This document shows positions 18,401 to 26,043 of a stretch of 32,000 bases of DNA, piece by piece (positions within the stretch are counted from its first letter, which is position 1; each line of letters starts with the position of its first letter). Both the position numbers and the translations under genes were made by a program. The DNA is from Pseudoalteromonas tetraodonis. GTDB taxonomy: Bacteria; Pseudomonadota; Gammaproteobacteria; Enterobacterales; Alteromonadaceae. Below the pieces are notes generated by a model. The model saw nothing but the letters and a program-made list of their open reading frames with translations, made no database searches and was not told the origin of the DNA. The stretch is taken from positions 60,001-92,000 of the forward strand of contig NZ_CP011041.1 of assembly GCF_002310835.1 (NCBI RefSeq), in the 5' to 3' direction.

Positions 18401-18809
18401 GTGCTTTATTTTCCAAAAAATTAAGACCTATCGCTTTTTCGTTACCTTTAAGCGGATGGGTCATTTTTATTACCATGTCTGGCGCCGCGCCAATGTTACG
18501 TAGCTCATTTGAGGTTTCAAAAAGTGGGGCTGCAATTTGTTCAAAGCGAGTTTGATCTAAGTTTGGCTCAGCGGCAACAGCAATAGCTAAGCCACGAATG
18601 AGTTGAATATTAGACACTAATACAGCTTCAAGTTGTGCTCTATAGGTACTTACCTGCGACAGAGTGCGTAATCGATAAGCATCTTTCTCACGGTGATAAT
18701 TGACGTGATCAAGCACCAAGCTGATAGTGATTATCAACACCAGCGATAATAAAAAAGTCAGCTTAGCGTTATTAATTCGGGTGTGTTTGTTTTTGCGCTG
18801 CGGGGACAT
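15456..18809 (-). CDS. Hybrid sensor histidine kinase/response regulator (CHASE-TM-PAS-GAF-HisKA-HATPase-REC-REC)
   Basis: 1117 aa. An N-terminal TM is followed by a periplasmic CHASE-like segment (AIGLNFLEN..ARDTNTIVMAGPLQLVQG) and a second TM. Kinase motifs: H-box SHEIRTPMNGVLG, N-box NLIGNAVKFT, G-boxes DSGIGI and GGTGLGLAI. An internal receiver-like domain (VIDD...IVLVDS...FKPL) precedes a canonical C-terminal receiver (LLVEDN...LMDCQMPTMDG...LTKPL). No HPt domain is seen. Confidence 0.9.
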   Translation of the reverse strand: MSPQRKNKHTRINNAKLTFLLSLVLIITISLVLDHVNYHREKDAYRLRTLSQVSTYRAQLEAVLVSNIQLIRGLAIAVAAEPNLDQTRFEQIAAPLFETSNELRNIGAAPDMVIKMTHPLKGNEKAIGLNFLENKAQREDAIKARDTNTIVMAGPLQLVQGSEALIARVPVYLPENNAFWGLLSVVLDIEKVYENSGIIELQQNYNIAIQGRNGLGKQGEFFFGDPSITVQDPLEFTLNFQGGVWQLYVIPKQGWQPVSSSIWPLRFIILTVLGLLISAFLFYLKILNREQESERMLEVMSNLAQVGAWSFNLEKKHVFWSDMTKKIFEYPLDEQPKWSENLNYFKEGESREKIAKLVERAIKHGESYETELEVINANGQPVWALVHGEAEHKNGRCVRIFGSLQNIDARKKVELENRKIARFNETLASLTVSDEILNGKLSQSKELITQSICQALEVNSASIKLFNQQRTQLIQFASFNRSGSENNIPWLQETIPDFFTAIERKAIFCVDDAQQHPYLAPIKESYLQPFSVKAMLCVLIPASSGSIGIVCAEQDIVRTWSHNEESFLIAVGALIGSLYSSQQRIETEAQLVKAKEAAEQAVIAKSEFLASMSHEIRTPMNGVLGMLNIVKATQLDQQQKHHIKLAQSSAESLLGIINDILDFSKIEAGKLDIENIQFNLPRLLGEVVESFALKAEQNNTTLILDATHITSSEFISDPNRLRQILSNLIGNAVKFTQNGEILVTAKIAHTLDATVLECAIADSGIGISAEKQPHLFDSFTQADTSTTRQYGGTGLGLAIVKQLCELMGGEVNVSSTPNKGSTFSFFIKIIPQLVQQHEAYQAIKNKRIWVIDDCLLNTTIAKKQLTRWGGKVSTICDYLSISDYINSHEDTPPNIVLVDSALFEPLYEAQALALKQFLIKSNSHLIIMAPMSYTNKNATLPLTEETLVFKPLTPFDLQNALTAKSTIEQTHVDTQLKSLAATEVMTDTLAAHVLLVEDNKINQVVTAAFLKQLNVTFEIAENGAEAVEKLNQNPANTYQLILMDCQMPTMDGYQATIAIREGKAGEVNKNITIIALTANAMQGDKDKCLATGMDDYLTKPLNATTLHSKLQQWLTSK

Positions 18810-18865
18810 AGAATGTAATTAAGTTGTTAATCAAGACAGGCTAACTATAGTCAATTTATCGAAGA

Positions 18866-18906
18866 AATAAAAATGGCGCAGTTAAAAATGCGCCATTTTA
18901 TTTTTA
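18866..18906 (-). terminator. ycaO terminator
   Basis: atggcgca (18873-18880) / tgcgccat (18889-18896). The A-run on the plus side gives a T-run on the minus strand. It is about 25 nt downstream of the stop at 18928. Confidence 0.8.
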
Positions 18907-18927
18907 TAATTAGTAGTTTAGGTGTGG

Positions 18928-20688
18928 TTATGAGTCGCTAACTTCGCGCGCCCAATGCTGTTGCTTTGCAACGTGTAATTTGCGGTAACCATCAAGAAGT
19001 GCTGCATGCTTTTTAAAGCCCTCAAGCGATAAGCCTGGGAAAGTTAAGCCGTTAAATAATTTACGACCTTCAGCAATTTCAATAGCAAGCGTGACATTGT
19101 CGCTACCAAACATTAAACCTAATGCATCTTGATAACTTGCATATTCGCGCTCGTCATCATATTTAATTTCAAGGATTGCTTTTAAGCAACGAAAGTGACG
19201 CATCGCTTCGTCGTTTACTTGGCCGGTATGCAAAATCCAATCAACCCAGTCAATAGCTTCTTCATTACCCGCCGCTAAGCATAAATGTGCTTTAAGCTCA
19301 CCAATGCGTAGTGTGTGCCAAGGTGTATCGGCGTCGGTTGCTAAGCCAATGAATTCAGCTGCGCGAATAATATCGCTGTGGCCTGCTTCTTCGAGGTTGT
19401 CGTAAATCTCCATCCATTGTTCGCTATCGTACTGATCAAGCGATAAGAAGTCTTCGCGGAATTTAGCGCCTTCATTATTGTTGCGCCAAATTAGCTCATC
19501 TACAGGATAAATGTCTGACATACCAGGAACTAAAATACGACATGCATACACGTTTAAGTGGGTGTAATCCATAATATATATATCGTGACCCATGCTATGA
19601 ATTAAATCAGTACAGAAGTTGTATTCTTGCTCAGTTGAACCACTAAAGTCCCAATGTACAAATTCAAAATCTGCTTCAGAGCGGAAAAAGTCATGTGAAA
19701 TTAAACCGCTTGAATCAATAAAGTGCAGTTCAATGTTCTCAGGAGTAGCGACTTCGTCGTTATCAAATGTAGCAGGTTGGAATACGTCTAGTTGATCTAG
19801 GCGACGACCTTGCAGTAATTCAGTAACGGTACGCTCTAGCGCTACTTCAAATGAAGGGTGGGCACCAAAAGAAGCAAATACTGACCCATCAACAGGGTTT
19901 ATAAGCGTGACACTCATTACTGGGTATTTACCGCCTAGTGATGCATCCGCAATGCGTAAATGGAAGCCATGGCTACGCAGCTCTTCACAAGCTTCATGAA
20001 TTTTAGGGTATTGTTTTACCACCTCTTCAGGCACGATTGGCAAGCTGATACCTTCGGCAATAATGCGGTTTTTAATAGCGCGCTCAAATACTTCAGATAA
20101 TCCCTGAACACGGGCTTCAAATTTAGTATTACCGGCACTCATACCATTAGAAACAAAAATATTACCAATCACATTCACCGGAATGTAAATGTCTTGGTTG
20201 TCGCGCTGACGAGTGTACGGTACAGAACAAATACCACGTTCGAAATTGCCAGAGTTAAAGTCATAAAGGTGTGATGCGGTTAATTCACGCTCTGGGTCAA
20301 AATAATCCCATAAGCTCTCATCCATAATACCCTGTGGTATTTCATCGTTTTCAACTTTAAACCATTTCTCGTTTGGATAATGAGTAAAGTCATCATTGGC
20401 AAATTCTTCGCCTAAGTAAAAATCAGCAAAAAAGTAGTTACAGCTTAAACGCTCAAAATATTCACCTAGCGCAGAGGCAATAGAGGCTTTATCAGTGGCA
20501 CCTTTACCATTAGTAAACATCACACCGCAGTCGCTATCTTTTATATGAACTGAATAACAGTTTGCTACAGGGTTAAGCCACAGCGCTTCTTCAATATTAA
20601 TATTTAGCGCTTTTAGCTTGTTTTGCATGGTAGAGATAGACGATTCTAAATCGCGGTCTTTACCTTTAATAAATGTTTTTTCAGTCAT
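18928..20688 (-). CDS. ycaO: YcaO family protein, E. coli-type (standalone)
   Basis: Trimmed to ATG 20688 (MTEKTFIKGKD...). FIKGKDRDLESSISTMQNKL...EEALWLNPV...FTNGKGATDKASIASALGEYFERLSCNYFFADF parallels the E. coli YcaO N-terminus nearly block-for-block. Confidence 0.9.
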   Translation of the reverse strand: MTEKTFIKGKDRDLESSISTMQNKLKALNINIEEALWLNPVANCYSVHIKDSDCGVMFTNGKGATDKASIASALGEYFERLSCNYFFADFYLGEEFANDDFTHYPNEKWFKVENDEIPQGIMDESLWDYFDPERELTASHLYDFNSGNFERGICSVPYTRQRDNQDIYIPVNVIGNIFVSNGMSAGNTKFEARVQGLSEVFERAIKNRIIAEGISLPIVPEEVVKQYPKIHEACEELRSHGFHLRIADASLGGKYPVMSVTLINPVDGSVFASFGAHPSFEVALERTVTELLQGRRLDQLDVFQPATFDNDEVATPENIELHFIDSSGLISHDFFRSEADFEFVHWDFSGSTEQEYNFCTDLIHSMGHDIYIMDYTHLNVYACRILVPGMSDIYPVDELIWRNNNEGAKFREDFLSLDQYDSEQWMEIYDNLEEAGHSDIIRAAEFIGLATDADTPWHTLRIGELKAHLCLAAGNEEAIDWVDWILHTGQVNDEAMRHFRCLKAILEIKYDDEREYASYQDALGLMFGSDNVTLAIEIAEGRKLFNGLTFPGLSLEGFKKHAALLDGYRKLHVAKQQHWAREVSDS

Positions 20689-20838
20689 TTTTATCTCAAC
20701 TAGGTCTGCACAATACATGAACTGTGTATTATCGTGGATTTTGATGTTTATTTCACCCTTTACCCGCTTTTCGTAGCGTTTTTAATAGAACGAATATGAA
20801 TATATGCTAATAATAGTTTATTGAAATAGTTAGAGGGT

Positions 20839-23133
20839 ATGTTTATGTTTAAAGTAATCAAACGGTTGCTATTGGTTGTTGTGATTTTAGCGCTCGCCAG
20901 TACTGCAATTGTTTACGGCGTTTTGACCTTAAGTTTGCCAGCCCTTGATGGTAAAGGCCGAAGTGATGCGTTAACACAGCCCGTTAAAGTCGCTCGTGAT
21001 ACGCTTGGTCAAGCCGTTATTACTGCAACTACTCGTCATGACGCTGCCTATGGCTTAGGGTATGCTCATGGGCAAGACCGCTTTTTTCAAATGGATTTAT
21101 TACGTCGTAATGCGGCCGGTGAGCTAAGCGAACTATTTGGTGAAGCCGCGCTTGGGCTTGATAAAAAAATGCGTTTTCACCAATTACGTAAACGCAGCCA
21201 AGCTATTTTAAAAACCCTCCCGAAGGCCGACAAACAGCTGCTACGCAGTTATGCCCAAGGTGTAAATGAAGGCCTTGCACAAGTAGGGTACCCCAGTTTT
21301 GAATATTTACTCACGGGGGCTGAGCAAAAGCCTTGGCAAAGTGAAGACAGTTTATTAGTTATTTTTAGCATGTACCTTGATTTACAGTCATCTACATTTG
21401 AGCGCGACCAAGCTTTAATTCAAATAGAGCAGCAATACGGTGCCGAAATGGTAAGTTTTTTAACTCAGCCTAGCCAATATCAAGCCGCATTGGATGGCAG
21501 TCAGCTCGCTCTTTTGAATAACCCAATCCCCGAACTTTTATCGCAACCAATCACCGCGATTAAACCCATTACCGCTAACTTAGAAGTGGGTAGTAATAAT
21601 TGGGCGGTCACCTCAAATTTAACCAACACTCAGGCTGCGATGCTCTCTGATGATATGCATTTATCAATGGCTGTGCCGGTTATTTGGTATCGAGCCCAAT
21701 TAAACTATTCATTAAATAATAAACCCATGCAGGTAACGGGTGTCTCGCTTCCGGGAGCGCCGGCGATTGTAGTAGGCACAAATAACAACGTTGCATGGGG
21801 GTTTACCAACGGGTATTTAGATACCGCCGATTGGATTGCGCTTAATAGCGATAGCAAAATGTGGCAAGTAGATGAGTCTATTGCATTATCCAGTGGCAAA
21901 GTAGAAAGTTACTCCCTTACGCTCAGTGAATACGGTCCGGTAAAATACATTAATGAAAAGCCTTACGCACTGAGCTGGGCTGCACATCAACCATACGCCG
22001 TTAATATGCAGCTATTACAGCTTGAGCAAGCACAGACTGTTGATGATGCGCTTGATATTGCAAGTGACGTAGGCATTCCTGTGCAAAACCTGCTGGTGGT
22101 CGATGACCAAGGAAATGCAGCATGGAAAAATATGGGCGGCATACCTGCGCGAACAACACCCAGTGAATTAGCCGTAAAAGAAGAAGATTACTCCGCGCTT
22201 TGGCAGCAAAACGAAATCGATCGACCTTTTATTAAAAATCCTGAAAACGGGCGATTATGGACAGGTAATTCTCGAGTGGTATCTGCTGATGATAACGTCC
22301 GTTTTGGTAATGGCGGCTATGCGCTTGGGGCACGTGCAACGCAAATTCGCGATAGGTTATTTGAAAAACAACGCTTTAATAAAAGTGATTTTTATCAGTT
22401 GCAGTTAGACAACCAAGCACGATTTTTAATGCCTTGGCATGCCTTATTACTTGAGCAGTTAAAAAAGCAGCCCGCGCGCTATAAAGATCATATAAATGCC
22501 CTCGAAAACTGGCAGCAATGCGCTTGCCCGCAATCAATAGGCTATACCTTAGTAAAGACGTATCGTGATGTACTGATTAATATTTTATTTAGCAGTATTG
22601 AGACAACACTTAACCAGCAAGATGGCACATTAAAATATGTGAAACGTGATTTAGAGCCCGCTGTTTGGCAGTTAATAAAGGCTCAGCCAACAAGTTGGGT
22701 TAATCCGCACTTTACTAATTGGGAGCAGCAATTACAGGGTGCCTTTGAGCAAACACTCACGCAGTTAACATCAAGGTTTGGTAATAAAATAAAAAACTGG
22801 CAGTGGGGAAAAGTAAACGAATTAGCGATTGAGCACCCGTTTGCTAAACAAATGCCCATACTAAGTAAGTTACTTAACATGCCAACAGCCCCCGGATTTG
22901 GTGACAGTTATATGCCAGCGGTGCAAAAACGTAGTTTTGGCGCATCACAGCGTTTTATTGTTCAGCCTGGGCACTTAAAGAATGCTATTTTAACGATTCC
23001 GGGTGGGCAATCAGGGCACCCACTTTCTGAGTTTTACCGAGCTGGTTTTGATGAATATGTAAAAGGCAAGCACACGCCATTATTACCGCAAGCATTAATG
23101 CATCAAATTGAAATTGCACCAATGAACGACTAG
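20839..23133 (+). CDS. Penicillin acylase family Ntn-hydrolase (AHL/penicillin/cephalosporin acylase-like)
   Basis: 764 aa. Has an N-terminal signal/anchor, GLGYAHGQDRFFQMDL (alpha-subunit block) and LEVGSNNWAV, which contains the predicted autoprocessing Ser nucleophile. An alternative start at ATG 20845 has better SD spacing (AGAGGG). Confidence 0.88.
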   Translation: MFMFKVIKRLLLVVVILALASTAIVYGVLTLSLPALDGKGRSDALTQPVKVARDTLGQAVITATTRHDAAYGLGYAHGQDRFFQMDLLRRNAAGELSELFGEAALGLDKKMRFHQLRKRSQAILKTLPKADKQLLRSYAQGVNEGLAQVGYPSFEYLLTGAEQKPWQSEDSLLVIFSMYLDLQSSTFERDQALIQIEQQYGAEMVSFLTQPSQYQAALDGSQLALLNNPIPELLSQPITAIKPITANLEVGSNNWAVTSNLTNTQAAMLSDDMHLSMAVPVIWYRAQLNYSLNNKPMQVTGVSLPGAPAIVVGTNNNVAWGFTNGYLDTADWIALNSDSKMWQVDESIALSSGKVESYSLTLSEYGPVKYINEKPYALSWAAHQPYAVNMQLLQLEQAQTVDDALDIASDVGIPVQNLLVVDDQGNAAWKNMGGIPARTTPSELAVKEEDYSALWQQNEIDRPFIKNPENGRLWTGNSRVVSADDNVRFGNGGYALGARATQIRDRLFEKQRFNKSDFYQLQLDNQARFLMPWHALLLEQLKKQPARYKDHINALENWQQCACPQSIGYTLVKTYRDVLINILFSSIETTLNQQDGTLKYVKRDLEPAVWQLIKAQPTSWVNPHFTNWEQQLQGAFEQTLTQLTSRFGNKIKNWQWGKVNELAIEHPFAKQMPILSKLLNMPTAPGFGDSYMPAVQKRSFGASQRFIVQPGHLKNAILTIPGGQSGHPLSEFYRAGFDEYVKGKHTPLLPQALMHQIEIAPMND

Positions 23134-23209
23134 CCTTGGATGCAAAGTGAGCTAAATAAGTAGTAATAACGTTTTATAACCCAGATAAAGCAATTATAGG
23201 AAAACAAAA

Positions 23210-24058
23210 ATGAAAAAATTACTACCGGCATTAATCACCAGTTTACTGTTAAGCAATTATGCATTTGCGGATGAAAACCCTGTTACGGCTACACAATTAA
23301 GTGAACATGTTTACGTGTTATTTGGTCAAGGCGGTAACATTGCCGCAAGCGTGGGGGATGATGGCATTTATATTATTGACGATCAGTTTGCCAAGCTTTC
23401 CGACGATATAAAAAAAACCATTAGCGACTTAAAGCCAGGCAGTGCCGAGTTTGTAATTAATACCCATCATCATGGCGACCATACTGGGGGTAACGAGAAC
23501 TTTGCCAAAGCGGGCGCACATGTGATTGCTCACGACAATGTACACAAACGCTTAAAAGAAAAACATGGTGAGGGTTCTGATTACTTACCGCGTATTAGTT
23601 TTGGCCATGATTTAAAACTGCACTTTAACAATGAGCATGCGCATGTTGTGCACTACTCAAATGCACACACAGATGGCGACTCGGTTATCTTTTTTAGTAA
23701 CGACAACATAGTGCACATGGGCGATATATATTTTAACTTTGGAAGCTTACCTTTTGTTGATGTAGATAGTGGCGGTAGTGTTGATGGTGTTTTAGCGGCG
23801 GTTGATGATGTGATCAAACAAATTGATGAAAAAACAACCGTTATTCCAGGGCATGGCCCGATAAGCGACCGTTCAGGGCTAATGACGTATCGTAAGCTGG
23901 TACAAAAAGCGAAAGATGTTATGCTTAATGCTATGCAAAACGATGCCAGTTTAGAGCAAGTCCTCAAAGCCGATCCATTATCAGAACTTGGCCTTGAATA
24001 TGCAAACTGGTTACCAAAAGAGCGTGTAACCACCCTTTTTTATCGCAGTTTAAAGTAG
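23210..24058 (+). CDS. Secreted MBL-fold metallo-hydrolase
   Basis: 282 aa. Has the signal peptide MKKLLPALITSLLLSNYAFA, the metal motif THHHGDH (HxHxDH), and later His/Asp ligands (NAHTDGD, GHGP). Confidence 0.88.
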   Translation: MKKLLPALITSLLLSNYAFADENPVTATQLSEHVYVLFGQGGNIAASVGDDGIYIIDDQFAKLSDDIKKTISDLKPGSAEFVINTHHHGDHTGGNENFAKAGAHVIAHDNVHKRLKEKHGEGSDYLPRISFGHDLKLHFNNEHAHVVHYSNAHTDGDSVIFFSNDNIVHMGDIYFNFGSLPFVDVDSGGSVDGVLAAVDDVIKQIDEKTTVIPGHGPISDRSGLMTYRKLVQKAKDVMLNAMQNDASLEQVLKADPLSELGLEYANWLPKERVTTLFYRSLK

Positions 24059-24092
24059 CGCCTAGCGCGAACCATAACGCATAAACCTAATT

Positions 24093-24119
24093 AAGCTGAG
24101 CATTTGTTCAGCTTTTTTG
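24093..24119 (+). terminator. Terminator after MBL hydrolase gene
   Basis: agctga (24094-24099) / tcagct (24108-24113) followed by T6. Confidence 0.65.
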
Positions 24120-24146
24120 ATTTTTACGTGCCTAAAGGAGTTGTAT

Positions 24147-25679
24147 ATGTCGGCAGAAAAAACCCATCTTGAAATTTGTAACTTAAGCAGAGAACAATAC
24201 CCACAAATTAAAACCTTGATGGACGAAGCGTACCCTGATTTAGGCGGCGCATGGCCAAGCCATACAATTTTTAGACTTATAGATCAGTTCCCCGAAGGGC
24301 AAATTGGTATTGTTGATGATGGCGTGCTGGTGGGTTTAGCGCTGAGTGTCCAAGTAGATTATGCACGTTTTTCGAACCCGCACACCTATGAAGATATTGC
24401 TGATGGCCATGATCGTGTATTTAGTGATACCACCGGTGACGCGCTATATGGTTTAGATGTTGCTATTAGTGAGCAGTACCGAGGCATGCGATTAGGGCGT
24501 CGTCTTTATGATGCCCGTAAAGAATTATGTCGCCAATATAACTTACGCGCTATTTTAGCGGGTGGCCGCATTCCGCGTTATTACAATCACAGCGACGATA
24601 TGACGCCAATGGAATACATTGCCAAGGTGGATCAAAAAGAGATATACGATCCAATATTGAGCTTTCAATTAGCTAACGATTTTCAGGTAAAGCGTTTACT
24701 TAAAAAGTACCTTCCAGAGGATCAAGAATCAGTAGGTTATGCCACGTTACTTGAGTGGAATAACATTATGTTTGAGCCAACCGATACCGTTATTGAGTCG
24801 ACTAAATCAATTGTACGTGTAGGGGCTGTGCAGTGGCAAATGCGCTGTGTTGAGTCGGTTGAAGAAATGCTTAAGCAAGTTGAATATTTTGTTGATACGG
24901 TGTCTGATTATAAAAGCGACTTTATTTTATTTCCGGAGTTCTTTAACGCGCCACTGATGGGGTTAACTGAGCAAAGTAATCAAACCGAAGCCATTCGTTA
25001 TTTAGCTGAATACACTGAGACTTTTAAAAACGCGATGTCGCGGATGGCAATTGAGTACAACGCAAATATTATCACCGGCTCTATGCCGCTTGCCGAGGGT
25101 GATAAAATTTATAACGTAAGTTACCTGTGCCACCGCAGTGGCAAAATAGATGAGCAACGTAAAATTCATATCACCCCGCATGAACATAATGATTGGGTGA
25201 TTCAAGGCGGTGATAAAATAGCGGTATTTGAAACCGATGCCGGTCGCGTAGGGATTCAAATTTGTTACGATGTTGAGTTTCCAGAGTTGTCGCGTATTTT
25301 AGCAACCCAAGGGCTTGATATTTTATTTGTGCCATTTTGGACCGACACCAAAAATAGTTATTTACGTGTTCGCCACTGTGCACAAGCGCGCGCTATTGAA
25401 AACGAATGTTATGTGGTTATCGCAGGTTCGGTGGGTAATTTACCCGAAGTAGAAAGTTTAGATGTGCAGTATTCGCAATCTGCTGTTCTTACACCGTCTG
25501 ACTTTTCATTTCCACACGATGCCACACTAAATGAGGCCACCACCAATACCGAAATGCTATTATTTAGCGACTTAGATATGGACAAGTTAAAAATACTTCA
25601 CAGTGAAGGTACCGTGCGTAACTTAAAAGACCGCCGCAGTGATTTATATGAAGTGATATTGAAAAAGAGAGATGTTTAA
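24147..25679 (+). CDS. Bifunctional GNAT N-acetyltransferase / carbon-nitrogen hydrolase (nitrilase superfamily) fusion protein
   Basis: Trimmed to ATG 24147 (AAAGGAG RBS). The N-terminal roughly 200 aa are GNAT-like (YRGMRLGRRLYDARKEL acetyl-CoA-binding-type block). The C-terminal roughly 290 aa carry the CN-hydrolase Glu-Lys-Cys blocks: LFPEFFNAP, RKIHITPHE and VGIQICYDVEFPE. Confidence 0.88.
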   Translation: MSAEKTHLEICNLSREQYPQIKTLMDEAYPDLGGAWPSHTIFRLIDQFPEGQIGIVDDGVLVGLALSVQVDYARFSNPHTYEDIADGHDRVFSDTTGDALYGLDVAISEQYRGMRLGRRLYDARKELCRQYNLRAILAGGRIPRYYNHSDDMTPMEYIAKVDQKEIYDPILSFQLANDFQVKRLLKKYLPEDQESVGYATLLEWNNIMFEPTDTVIESTKSIVRVGAVQWQMRCVESVEEMLKQVEYFVDTVSDYKSDFILFPEFFNAPLMGLTEQSNQTEAIRYLAEYTETFKNAMSRMAIEYNANIITGSMPLAEGDKIYNVSYLCHRSGKIDEQRKIHITPHEHNDWVIQGGDKIAVFETDAGRVGIQICYDVEFPELSRILATQGLDILFVPFWTDTKNSYLRVRHCAQARAIENECYVVIAGSVGNLPEVESLDVQYSQSAVLTPSDFSFPHDATLNEATTNTEMLLFSDLDMDKLKILHSEGTVRNLKDRRSDLYEVILKKRDV

Positions 25680-25996
25680 TGGCGTGGATGTACTTAATAA
25701 TTGCAGGGTTACTTGAAATTGGTTGGCCAATAGGCCTAAAAATTTCACAAAACCCAGATACCCGTTGGCAAGGCATTGCAATTGCAATCGCGTTTATGGT
25801 CGCAAGTGGCTTTATGCTTTGGTTAGCGCAAAAGCAAATCTCTATGGGGACTTCTTATGCGGTATGGACGGGGATTGGCGCAGCAGGTACGTTTTTAGTT
25901 GGCATATTATTTTACGGTGATGCAGCCACTTTTGGCCGTATTGCTGGTGTATTAATGATTATTTGTGGTGTCATCACCTTAAAAATTAGTCATTAA
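25679..25996 (+). CDS. sugE: SMR family transporter, SugE/Gdx (guanidinium exporter) type
   Basis: 105 aa. IIAGLLEIGWPIGLK ... GTSYAVWTGIGAAGT ... LKISH parallels E. coli SugE. Its ATG shares one base with the upstream TAA (TAATG at 25677-25681). Confidence 0.9.
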   Translation: MAWMYLIIAGLLEIGWPIGLKISQNPDTRWQGIAIAIAFMVASGFMLWLAQKQISMGTSYAVWTGIGAAGTFLVGILFYGDAATFGRIAGVLMIICGVITLKISH

Positions 25997-26007
25997 TTAT
26001 TAGATTA

Positions 26008-26043
26008 AAAAACAAGCGCAGATTTATACCTGCGCTTTTTTTA
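26008..26043. terminator. Bidirectional terminator between sugE and DMT transporter gene
   Basis: aagcgcag (26014-26021) / ctgcgctt (26030-26037), with an A-run before and a T-run after. Confidence 0.85.

Noticed and set aside
4555-26043. Recurrent terminator stem sequences: AATGGCGC...GCGCCATT at 4561-4583 and 18871-18898, and AAGCGCAG...CTGCGCTT at 11067-11089 and 26014-26037. These might indicate a REP-like dispersed repeat family.
   Set aside because: Similarity is limited to 8-9-bp GC-rich stems flanked by A/T runs. The loops and flanks differ. This is explained by ordinary convergent terminator design in an AT-rich genome rather than a mobile repeat.
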